The translations under genes were made by a program, and so were the position numbers. Below, piece after piece: positions 4,284 through 12,380 of a stretch of DNA of 18,973 bases. Numbering within the stretch: position 1 is the stretch's first letter; every line of letters begins with the position of its first letter. Origin of the DNA: Ignavibacteriales bacterium (GTDB taxonomy: Bacteria > Bacteroidota > Ignavibacteria > UBA10030 > UBA6906); assembly GCA_037441705.1 (NCBI GenBank), contig JBBIRR010000061.1, forward strand, positions 1-18,973, in the 5' to 3' direction. Below the pieces are notes generated by a model. That model did not search any database, was not told the DNA's origin, and saw nothing but the letters and a program-made list of their open reading frames with translations.

Positions 4284-6551
4284 ATGGGCAGGATGGTTCA
4301 TACCGGCTGGCTGTTCGATGTGTATCCGTCGCCCGGGGGCATTACCCTGTGGGTGATCGATGAACAAGGCGAGCAGCATTCCGCCGCGGTGCCGTATGCG
4401 CCGTCGTTCTACATGCACATCCCGCAGAGCGACGAGCCGCGCGTCGCCGCACTCGTGCGCCGCTTTCCGTGCCGCATCACGTTGGATTGGGTGCTGAAGC
4501 GCGAGCTGTACTCGAACGAAGAGTGGCGACTCCTGCGCGTGCAGGTTCATGATCCGCTTCGGCTGAAAGAAGTGGTGCGCGCGCTGGAGCATCATTTTCC
4601 GCATTTCGTGTTCTTCAACTCCGACATCCCGCCGCAGCAGACGTACCTGTACGAGACCGGACTATTCCCGCTTGCCTATGGACAGTACACATTCTCGGCC
4701 GAGGGCACCCTTCTCGCCGCTGATCTTGCCGACAAGCGCGAGGCCCTCGAATACTCCATGCCGCCGCTGACGTTTCTGAAACTGGCCAATCGTCCCGACG
4801 TCCTCTCTCCCAGATACCGAAAGACGATCCAGCTGGAGATCAGCTACAACGGTGAGACGTACAGTGTGCAGCAGGACAATCCTGCCGACATTCTCGCATC
4901 CGTGAACGACCACCTCCGGCGCTGCGATCCGGATGTGATTATGACGGAGTACGGCGACGCCCTTCTGCTGCCGATGCTTGACCGCCTGTCGCAGGAGCAT
5001 CGCATGCCGCTGCTGCTGAACCGCGACCCGCACGCGGGGTACTTCCGCACGCGTGAGTCGAGTTATTTTGTGTACGGAAAAATCGTGCACAAAGAAGGCG
5101 CGTTCGAGCTGGCCGGCAGATGGCACCTCGATACGGAGAATTCGTTCATGATGGGCGAAGCGAGCCTCGACGGCGTTGTGGAGATCGCCCGCCTCACGCA
5201 ATTGCCTGTGCAGCATCAGGCGCGTTCAAGCATTGGCACGGCACTCTCGTCCATGCAGCTTTCCTGGGCCTATCGCAACAACTATCTCATCCCCGCGAAG
5301 AAACGCGAGCCGGAGAGTTTTAAGTCCGCTGCCACCCTGCTGCTTGCCGACCGCGGTGGTTTGATCTTCCAGCCCGTGATGGGATATCATGAACAGATTG
5401 CGGAGTTAGATTTCGTCTCGATGTACCCGAGCATCATGGTAGAACACAATGTGTCGCCGGAGACGGTGAATTGTCGCTGCTGCCGCAACCGCACGGTACC
5501 GGAGTTGAACTACACCATCTGTGAAAAACGCGAGGGCATTGTTCCGGCAACGCTGCGTCCTCTTGTGGAGCGACGGTCGTTCTACAAAAAGGAAAAGAAG
5601 CGCCTCAAGAAACTCGGTGATGAACGCTGGCATGTCTACGACCACCGTCAGAATGCGCTCAAGTGGATGCTGGTGACTTGCTTCGGCTATCTCGGGTACA
5701 AGAATGCCCGCTTCGGCAAGATCGAGGCTCACGAGTCGGTCAATGCCTTCTCGCGCGAGTGCATCTTGAAAGCAAAAGAACTTGCCGAAGCGCGCGGCTA
5801 TCGCTTCCTGCACGCTATCGTGGATTGCATGTGGTTGAAGAAGGAAGGAGCAACGGAAGCGGACTACGAACAGCTGTGCAGCGAGATCAAAGCCGCCACC
5901 AACATCGAAATCTCCCTCGAAGGCATCTACCGCTGGATTCTGTTCCCGGCGTCGAAGATGGATCCGAACATTCCGACGGCAAATCGGTACGTGGGCTTCT
6001 ATACGAATGGGGAGATCAAGGTCCGCGGGATCGAGCTGCGACGCCGCGATACGCCTCTGTTCATCAAACGCATGCAGGCAAAGATGCTCGAAGCGTTCCA
6101 GCATGCAACCGGCGTCGCTGAAGTCGAAGCGTCCGTTCCGACTGCACTTGCTGCGGCTCGCGAGTTCCTCGCCTTGCTGGCCTCCGGCAAAGCCGACCCT
6201 CTCGAGCTGGTTATTCGGCAGCACATCTCGCAGGAGCCGGAGGAGTACACCACCAACAGCGCAAACGCTGCGGCTGCAAAAGCGCTGGACGACGCAGGCA
6301 TTACGTTGCGTCCCGGGGAAATGCTGGAGTACATCATCGTTGACGCTAAGGGGAAGAAGAAGCCTGCAAAGGCCGTCCCGCTGGCATTGTACTCATTCGA
6401 AGATGGATATGATATTGAGAAGTACACCGAGCTGGCACTGAAGGCAATTGCAACATTGCTTCTTCCTTTCGGATACTCGCCCCAGCGGCTGCGTGAGGAA
6501 GCGATCCCGCGTCTGGACTTGCAGCAGAAGAAGACAGCAGTGATGCCGTGA
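4284..6551 (+). CDS. B-family DNA polymerase, PolB2-like
   Basis: 755 aa; motif A ELDFVSMYPSIM..HNVSPET; motif B RQNALKWMLVTCFGYLGY; motif C HAIVDC (5811-5828); NRYVG; KVRGIELRRRD. Exonuclease acidic motifs not recognisable (DPDVIMTEYGDALLLPML). Confidence 0.92.
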   Translation: MGRMVHTGWLFDVYPSPGGITLWVIDEQGEQHSAAVPYAPSFYMHIPQSDEPRVAALVRRFPCRITLDWVLKRELYSNEEWRLLRVQVHDPLRLKEVVRALEHHFPHFVFFNSDIPPQQTYLYETGLFPLAYGQYTFSAEGTLLAADLADKREALEYSMPPLTFLKLANRPDVLSPRYRKTIQLEISYNGETYSVQQDNPADILASVNDHLRRCDPDVIMTEYGDALLLPMLDRLSQEHRMPLLLNRDPHAGYFRTRESSYFVYGKIVHKEGAFELAGRWHLDTENSFMMGEASLDGVVEIARLTQLPVQHQARSSIGTALSSMQLSWAYRNNYLIPAKKREPESFKSAATLLLADRGGLIFQPVMGYHEQIAELDFVSMYPSIMVEHNVSPETVNCRCCRNRTVPELNYTICEKREGIVPATLRPLVERRSFYKKEKKRLKKLGDERWHVYDHRQNALKWMLVTCFGYLGYKNARFGKIEAHESVNAFSRECILKAKELAEARGYRFLHAIVDCMWLKKEGATEADYEQLCSEIKAATNIEISLEGIYRWILFPASKMDPNIPTANRYVGFYTNGEIKVRGIELRRRDTPLFIKRMQAKMLEAFQHATGVAEVEASVPTALAAAREFLALLASGKADPLELVIRQHISQEPEEYTTNSANAAAAKALDDAGITLRPGEMLEYIIVDAKGKKKPAKAVPLALYSFEDGYDIEKYTELALKAIATLLLPFGYSPQRLREEAIPRLDLQQKKTAVMP

Positions 6552-6624
6552 CGCCGACGCCAAGGTAATCCAGAGCAGGAAGCAGCATCAAGTCGCAAGC
6601 GAGAAACGAGTGCGACCCCGGCAC

Positions 6625-7692
6625 TCATTCCCACCGGAACATCTTCACGGCAACGAACACCGAAATCACACACCACACCGCAAGTCCCGCGATATCGGGC
6701 AGAACCTCGGTCAGGGTTGCGCCCTCGATTGCAATATTGCGCAGCGCGTCCGCAAGAAAGGAAAGCGGGAAGTAGTCCACCGCACTGCGCACGAAGCCGG
6801 GGAGCGCCGAGCGGCTGAAGAAGACACCCGACAGCAGCATCATCGGCATGGCGATGACGTTGGCAAGCGGCGCAACCTGATCCTCACTTTTGCTGATGCC
6901 GGCGATGGCAAACCCGAGAGCGAGGAACACGACCGCGCCAAGGATGCCGACCACAAACATCTCCCAGAAGCTGCCGATGAAATGAAGGTCCAGAAAGAAA
7001 TACGGCACGAGCGTCATGATCACAATTTGCAGCATGACCAACACCAGGCGCATCCCCACCTGCGCGATGATGAAGTCGTTGGGGTTGATGGGCGTAACGA
7101 ACAGCCTGCGCAGGATGCCGCGCTTCTTCATCGAAACGAAGCCGAACGCCACCCCGAAAATGCCCAGCTGCATGATGGACATGGAAAGAATTCCCGGCGC
7201 AACGAAATCAAAATAGGTAAGATGGCGGCTCGCCACCGCTTGCAGCGTGACGCGGGTGCGTGCCGTTGCGCCGAGCGCCGCAAAGGTCATCTCATCCACC
7301 ACACGCTGAAGAATCATCCCGCCGAGCTGGGCTTCTTGCGGTCGAGCATCGTTGGTGAACGCAAGCAGCTCCGCCCCCGAGGAGGGCCGGTACCCCCGCG
7401 GGATCACAAGAACCATGACGCGCTCGCCCTTTATCAGCTCGCTCAGTTCTGCTTCCCGCGCCCCTTCGTGCACTCTGAATGCATGAACCTTCCGCAGTGC
7501 TGCGATCAGCGAGTCTCCCATCGCTCCCGCTTCATTCACAACACCAAGGTCAATACGCCCAACCCCATCGAAGCGAACAAAGCTGAACAGGAGAATCATG
7601 AACAGCGGCAGCAGCAGCGACCAGAGCACAGCTTCCCGTTGGCGGAAGAGCATTTTCAGAGAAGCGACGAACAGTTTCCATTTCAGACGCAT
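6625..7692 (-). CDS. ABC-2 type transporter permease
   Basis: 355 aa from ATG 7692; N-terminal TM, extracytoplasmic loop, further TMs; YFDFVAPGILSM, KKRGILRRLFVTPI, PMMLLSGVFF, YFPLS. Confidence 0.9.
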   Translation of the reverse strand: MRLKWKLFVASLKMLFRQREAVLWSLLLPLFMILLFSFVRFDGVGRIDLGVVNEAGAMGDSLIAALRKVHAFRVHEGAREAELSELIKGERVMVLVIPRGYRPSSGAELLAFTNDARPQEAQLGGMILQRVVDEMTFAALGATARTRVTLQAVASRHLTYFDFVAPGILSMSIMQLGIFGVAFGFVSMKKRGILRRLFVTPINPNDFIIAQVGMRLVLVMLQIVIMTLVPYFFLDLHFIGSFWEMFVVGILGAVVFLALGFAIAGISKSEDQVAPLANVIAMPMMLLSGVFFSRSALPGFVRSAVDYFPLSFLADALRNIAIEGATLTEVLPDIAGLAVWCVISVFVAVKMFRWE

Positions 7693-7740
7693 GAAGGGTT
7701 CAGGGTTCAAGGTTCAAGGTTCAGGGTTTCACGGTTCAGG
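7693..7740 (-). repeat. Heptamer tandem array 4 filling the ATPase-permease spacer
   Basis: Minus strand CCTGAAC CGTGAAAC CCTGAAC CTTGAAC CTTGAAC CCTGAAC CCTTC-ATG; same GAACCYT units as in 911-1000. Confidence 0.8.
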
Positions 7741-7744
7741 CGGG

Positions 7745-8512
7745 TCAATCCTCGCGCAACGAATGTCCGGTAAGACTCAGGAACACATCTTCGAGGTTCG
7801 CCAATCTTTCGATACGTTCCTTCTTGAAGCCTCCCGACACAAGCTTGTTGATGAGTTCCTGCGGGCGATCGAGGGCGATAATCTTTCCCTGATCCATGAT
7901 CGCAACACGGTCGCAGAGTTCCTCCGCCTCCTCCATGTAGTGCGTGGTGATGACGATGGTTTTTCCTTCCGAGCGAATCCTCTTGATCACTCCCCACAGA
8001 TGTCGTCGCGACTGCGGATCGAGTCCCGTTGTCGGCTCATCCAGAAAGAGAAGGACCGGTTCATTGACGAGAGCAGCGGCGATGGAGAAGCGCTGCTTCT
8101 GTCCGCCGGAAAGGTGAGCGACGTACGATTTCGCCTTATCCTCCAACTCTACTTCCTGCAAGAGTCGCATCGGGTCCACCTCCCGGCCGTACATTGCGCC
8201 GAACAGCTCCAGCAGCTCCTTCAGCGTGAGCTTGTCAAAGAAGGACGAGGACTGCAGCTGCACGCCGATGATTCGTTTCACCTCCTGCGGCCGTCGTTTC
8301 ACGTCGAGTCCGTTCAGGTGCACGTCGCCTTCGTCTATCGGTCGAAGGGTTTCGATCATCTCCAGCGTCGTCGTTTTGCCCGCGCCGTTGGGACCGAGGA
8401 TGCCGAAGATCTCTTGTTTGTACACCGCGAAGCTGATGTGGTCCACAGCCACGAGGCCGTTGTAGCGCTTGGCGAGATTGCGGACGTTGAGGATTGGCTC
8501 CATCTCTCTCAC
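7745..8512 (-). CDS. ABC transporter ATP-binding protein (DrrA/CcmA-like exporter)
   Basis: Walker A GPNGAGKTT, signature LSGGQKQR, Walker B LFLDEPTTGLD, H-loop TTHYMEEA. Start is GTG 8512 (overlapping the MTase stop) or ATG 8503. Confidence 0.93.
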   Translation of the reverse strand: MREMEPILNVRNLAKRYNGLVAVDHISFAVYKQEIFGILGPNGAGKTTTLEMIETLRPIDEGDVHLNGLDVKRRPQEVKRIIGVQLQSSSFFDKLTLKELLELFGAMYGREVDPMRLLQEVELEDKAKSYVAHLSGGQKQRFSIAAALVNEPVLLFLDEPTTGLDPQSRRHLWGVIKRIRSEGKTIVITTHYMEEAEELCDRVAIMDQGKIIALDRPQELINKLVSGGFKKERIERLANLEDVFLSLTGHSLRED

Positions 8513-9420
8513 TTCACCTCCAGGGGATTGTCCTGCTGCAAGCGCCGCTGTGCGAGCCTGCAGTACGATTCATCCAGCTCATACCCGACGTAATGGCGCC
8601 CGCACGTTTTTGCCGCTAAGCACGTCGTGCCACTGCCGCAGAACGGGTCGAGCACGACGTCGCCGGCAAAGGTGTAGAGTTGGATGAGTCGCCGCGGCAG
8701 TTCGACGGGAAAGGGGGCCGGATGACCGATACGGGTTGCACGCTCGGCAGGAAATTGCCACACGCTTTTCGTGTACTCCAAAAACTCTTCGCGCCCGATC
8801 GTGCTCTGCTTGCCGGACTTCGGGCGCGCGAAATCTCCTTTCGTGAAAATCAGGATGTACTCATGCACATCCCGCAGCGTTGGGTTGCTTGCGGATTGCC
8901 AGCTTCCCCATGCCGTCGAAGGACTCGCGCTGGAGGCTTTGTCCCAGATAATCTCGCCGCGCATCTGATAGCCGAGCGCCTGCATGTCCTGAATGATGTA
9001 CGCGTGCAGCGGAATGTACGGCTTCCGTCCGAGGTTGGCGACATTGATGCACGCCCTGCCGCCGTTGACGAGAACGCGGAACGTCTCGCCAAAGACACGC
9101 CTGAGCAGAGCGCGATACTCGTCCAACGTCAAGTTGTCGTCATACTCCTTCGTCACGTTGTACGGCGGGGAGGTCACCATCAGATGGACGCTGTTGTCGG
9201 GCAGTTCATCCATCTGTTCGCTGCTCTTGAGAAAAATCTTGTCCAGCGATGAGATGGGGAGGGCATTCTCGTCGGGACGCTCCTTTCGGGAACCATCACG
9301 ACGCAAGCCATCGTACAGTTTGCTCGAGTAGAACTTCGACGAATCATGTCCGATGCGCCCGGGCGTGCCGAACGAGCTTGTTGACGTGGGAGTGCGATGA
9401 TATTTCTTCTTTGCCCTCAT
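8509..9420 (-). CDS. Site-specific DNA methyltransferase, N6/N4 family, beta class (probably m4C)
   Basis: 303 aa; catalytic motif IV VTSPPY precedes HPAPFP and SAM-binding motif I VLDPFCGSGTT, giving beta order; SPPY is typical of N4-cytosine enzymes. Confidence 0.9.
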   Translation of the reverse strand: MRAKKKYHRTPTSTSSFGTPGRIGHDSSKFYSSKLYDGLRRDGSRKERPDENALPISSLDKIFLKSSEQMDELPDNSVHLMVTSPPYNVTKEYDDNLTLDEYRALLRRVFGETFRVLVNGGRACINVANLGRKPYIPLHAYIIQDMQALGYQMRGEIIWDKASSASPSTAWGSWQSASNPTLRDVHEYILIFTKGDFARPKSGKQSTIGREEFLEYTKSVWQFPAERATRIGHPAPFPVELPRRLIQLYTFAGDVVLDPFCGSGTTCLAAKTCGRHYVGYELDESYCRLAQRRLQQDNPLEVK

Positions 9421-11762
9421 CGTTGGTCAACGCCGAAAGTATCAACCGAAGTGATTGTTGTCCGATACTGCACGTTTGTAAACTCCCGCGCAATCCTGAT
9501 GGGGTATGCGACAGAATCGAAGAGGATTTCTACCTTCTCCCGCACGCGTTGCGTGTCGCGCAAGAAAAAGCTAACCGGCACGGTGAGGAACGTATCAGGA
9601 AAGGCATACCATCGAAAGACTTTTCTTCTGTCAGTCTCGCGCATCCTGCGATCGGGTGTTTTCGGCCCGTGTGCCCACTCGGTTCGAATGTCGAACGGCT
9701 GCTCGCTCTCGTACACAACATCCATGCGCAACGGCCGGAAAGCGCTGCGGACTGCGAGCATCCGGTCCATACGTCGAATCGAATCGGAGATCGCCTGAGC
9801 CTTGCTGTTCGTGCGATGCACATCTACCCACCCTACGCGCACGCCTTTCGCTTCGGGCACATCGAGAAGATTTTCGCGACCGTCAAGTGTTGTATCACGA
9901 CCGGCAACGGAGCCGGACAGCCCGCGCAGATACTCCGAGCCTCGGATGACCAACGAGCCGGTATCGGCTTCCATGTCGTACCGATGGATGATGCTCACTC
10001 CATTGAACCACAATTTGTCATAGACAGGCTGTGCGAGAAGATAACCCATCACGCCGATCGTCGCAAGCAGCGTCACCATCAGACCACTCCTGCTTCTGAA
10101 TCGTCTCAACCCAAGAAGGTCCGTGCCCGATCCGCGATAGATCGCCGCGAAGCCATACACAAACGGAAGGGAGAAGAATGTAAAGGCGATGATGTACGCA
10201 AGATGGAGGAGGGCCTTTTGCCAGAACACGGCGATCTGATTCTGCGCTATCACGCGTTGAAACAATCCCAGTCCCTCAAAGAAGAAAAGGTTGTACATCA
10301 CCCACACACTGAGAGCGAACCAGATCAGCTTCACCGTCGGTCTTCGGACCATCACAGCGAGAGAGAAGCAGAGCAGTGACGCGGCAGCATACATACCTAA
10401 CTCAGGCGTGACGAACGATGACAGGAGCGTGAAAAGAAGCAGAAGAATAAAGGCCGGTCCGGCAAACAGATGCGCCTCTTCACTCAACCGATAGCGTCGG
10501 AGCGCTTGCAGCACCAGCCAGAGCCCTATCAACCCGAAGAGTATGCCGAGAAGGAGAAACCCGGCTATATTGTTCACCCAGGGGAAGCGATAGCCCTTGA
10601 TGAACCCGACGACGGTTTCCGAACTCCAGACAAACGCCTGAATCGCCAGAGCGGCGAGCAGCACTTTCCATCGTGACCACTTGATGTTCGCAGCCGCGTC
10701 GGCAGGCAACCTTCGCCGCCGGGAGATGATAAACCCGGCGATGCCGCAGGCAACACACAAAACGATGAACGCCCAGAGCAGCGGGTACGGAAGGAAGAGA
10801 AGCGTCGAACCCCATTGCAGGACTTGATAGCGCTCCGTCGTTCGCGAGGGAACGCCGGCATCGAACCTTTCGAACAGCTTCAACACGAGGTCACCCGAAC
10901 GCTTCAGGCCCGACGGCGTAAAATTCTCCCACGAATCCTGCGGGGTGTGAATGGGGAACGTCACGTCGCTCGTAAAGTCAATCGCTGGAATGCCTTTGTC
11001 AATGAACGGAATGTGATCGGAGCCGAACGATCCGCCGGAGGCGAGATTCCACGTTGCCGCGCCGGTTTGATACACCAGATCATCACGATTCAAGTCTCTC
11101 GAAATCTCAAAAGCCGCTGCGAGCAACCACGATGGTGCGCTTTCTTTGGTTCCGTCCGGGTCGGCGATGAGGTAGCTGGAACCATCCGCCATATCAATCT
11201 GCAGCATCAGCACAACGCTGTCGAGGTGCGCGAACGTGTTCACGAAGTGCTTCGAGCCTTGCAGCCCTTGCTCTTCGCCGCCCCAGCAGCAGAACATGAC
11301 GGTGGACTCGTTGTCGCGGCGGCACAGCACGCGCGCCAGCTCGATCACGCACGCGGTGCCCGAGCCGTCATCGTTCGCGCCCGGCACATTGGGTCCGGAA
11401 GTATCAATGTGCCCGCCGATGATGATGATGCGACCCGTCTTTCCTTTCTTGATGCCGATGGCAACGCCGCTTTTGGTGTTCACGCCCTCGGCCACCGTCA
11501 GGGGCAGCACGTAGCCTGTGTCGCAGCCGTAGGCGCGAAACTTGTCGACGGCAAAGGTGAGTGCCTGTTGCTCCGCGGGCGAGCCCATGGGCCGCGGGCC
11601 GATCTCGACGACGAGTGTTCTCAAGATCTGCTCGGCGTTTTCCTGCGAGAATTCGGTTTGCGACATCGTACTGGCGGAACACACGAGACTTGCAGCGGCA
11701 AAGCAGATGAGCTTCTTTACGAACGCGCGCAAGCGTGCGGGTGGAATGGGGGAGAGCGTCAC
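9417..11762 (-). CDS. M28 family metallopeptidase with multi-pass membrane domain and C-terminal soluble domain
   Basis: Motifs GGHIDT, PGANDDGSG, GEEQGLQGS, QIDM, SDHIPF, IHTPQD, then about 8 hydrophobic helices. Start placed at GTG 11762 (781 aa, signal-peptide-like KKLICFAAASLVCSA), because 11966 would overlap pduO by about 200 bp. Confidence 0.85.
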   Translation of the reverse strand: MTLSPIPPARLRAFVKKLICFAAASLVCSASTMSQTEFSQENAEQILRTLVVEIGPRPMGSPAEQQALTFAVDKFRAYGCDTGYVLPLTVAEGVNTKSGVAIGIKKGKTGRIIIIGGHIDTSGPNVPGANDDGSGTACVIELARVLCRRDNESTVMFCCWGGEEQGLQGSKHFVNTFAHLDSVVLMLQIDMADGSSYLIADPDGTKESAPSWLLAAAFEISRDLNRDDLVYQTGAATWNLASGGSFGSDHIPFIDKGIPAIDFTSDVTFPIHTPQDSWENFTPSGLKRSGDLVLKLFERFDAGVPSRTTERYQVLQWGSTLLFLPYPLLWAFIVLCVACGIAGFIISRRRRLPADAAANIKWSRWKVLLAALAIQAFVWSSETVVGFIKGYRFPWVNNIAGFLLLGILFGLIGLWLVLQALRRYRLSEEAHLFAGPAFILLLLFTLLSSFVTPELGMYAAASLLCFSLAVMVRRPTVKLIWFALSVWVMYNLFFFEGLGLFQRVIAQNQIAVFWQKALLHLAYIIAFTFFSLPFVYGFAAIYRGSGTDLLGLRRFRSRSGLMVTLLATIGVMGYLLAQPVYDKLWFNGVSIIHRYDMEADTGSLVIRGSEYLRGLSGSVAGRDTTLDGRENLLDVPEAKGVRVGWVDVHRTNSKAQAISDSIRRMDRMLAVRSAFRPLRMDVVYESEQPFDIRTEWAHGPKTPDRRMRETDRRKVFRWYAFPDTFLTVPVSFFLRDTQRVREKVEILFDSVAYPIRIAREFTNVQYRTTITSVDTFGVDQR

Positions 11763-11763
11763 G

Positions 11764-12306
11764 CTACGTTTTCCATTTGGTTTCTGCAACGCCGGCACAG
11801 TGGTTGGCGTAACGGGCAAGCACAAACAATAGATCCGACAGCCGATTAAGGTAGATGGTGACGGCCTCACCGATGTCTTCGTTGCGCGAGAGGCGCACCA
11901 CAGCGCGCTCGGCGCGTCGGCAGACCGTGCGTGCGAAGTGAAGCCGCGCAGCAACCGGCGACCCACCGGGCAGAATGAACGCCCTGAGCGGCTTCAGTTC
12001 GGCATCGAGCTTGTCGATCACCCGTTCCAATCGCACGGCATCTTTCGGCTCTACGCGGCGGATCTGTTTGGCGTTGGACGATCGCGGCGTGGCAAGATCA
12101 GCCCCGAGCACGAACAGCTCATTCTGCACTTGCTCGAGAATCTCATCAATCTCCTTCTCTTTGTTGTCTGCCCGAACGATGCCGAGCACGGAGTTCAACT
12201 CGTCCACCGTGCCGTATGCTTCGATGCGCAGCGCATCTTTCGGCACGCGCTGTCCGCCGAAAAGCGAGGTATCACCTTTGTCGCCGGTCTTCGTGTAGAT
12301 TTTCAC
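11764..12306 (-). CDS. pduO: PduO-type ATP:cob(I)alamin adenosyltransferase
   Basis: MKIYTKTGDKGDT from GTG 12306; YGTVDELNS; FILPGG; ARTVCRRAER; YLNRLSDLLFVLAR. Confidence 0.93.
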   Translation of the reverse strand: MKIYTKTGDKGDTSLFGGQRVPKDALRIEAYGTVDELNSVLGIVRADNKEKEIDEILEQVQNELFVLGADLATPRSSNAKQIRRVEPKDAVRLERVIDKLDAELKPLRAFILPGGSPVAARLHFARTVCRRAERAVVRLSRNEDIGEAVTIYLNRLSDLLFVLARYANHCAGVAETKWKT

Positions 12307-12351
12307 CAATCTCGTCGTCGAGAGATGTCCGTCAAGAATTTCCTGGCGAAG

Positions 12352-12380
12352 AAGTTAGCCAATAGCGCAATGACAATCAA
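12352..12380 (-). promoter_or_regulatory. Possible sigma70-type promoter for the pduO-to-permease run
   Basis: Minus strand TTGATT (12380-12375), 17 bp, TAACTT (12357-12352), about 45 bp before pduO. Confidence 0.35.

Noticed and set aside
6552-6624. Terminator between the convergent polB and permease genes
   Set aside because: Only a 6-bp stem (GTCGCA/TGCGAC) with a long loop and no U-tract on either strand.
6610-11849. Long plus-strand ORFs (6610-7773, 7598-8593, 9249-10379, 10815-11849)
   Set aside because: They are antisense shadows of well-supported minus-strand genes, common in GC-rich DNA, and carry no motifs.
11763-11966. M28 peptidase start at 11966
   Set aside because: It would overlap the conserved pduO C-terminus by about 200 bp; GTG 11762 gives a sensible signal-peptide-like N-terminus.
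12310-12376. Cobalamin riboswitch upstream of pduO
   Set aside because: The spacer is under 70 bp, too short, and lacks a B12 box; only a small TCTCG/CGAGA hairpin is present.
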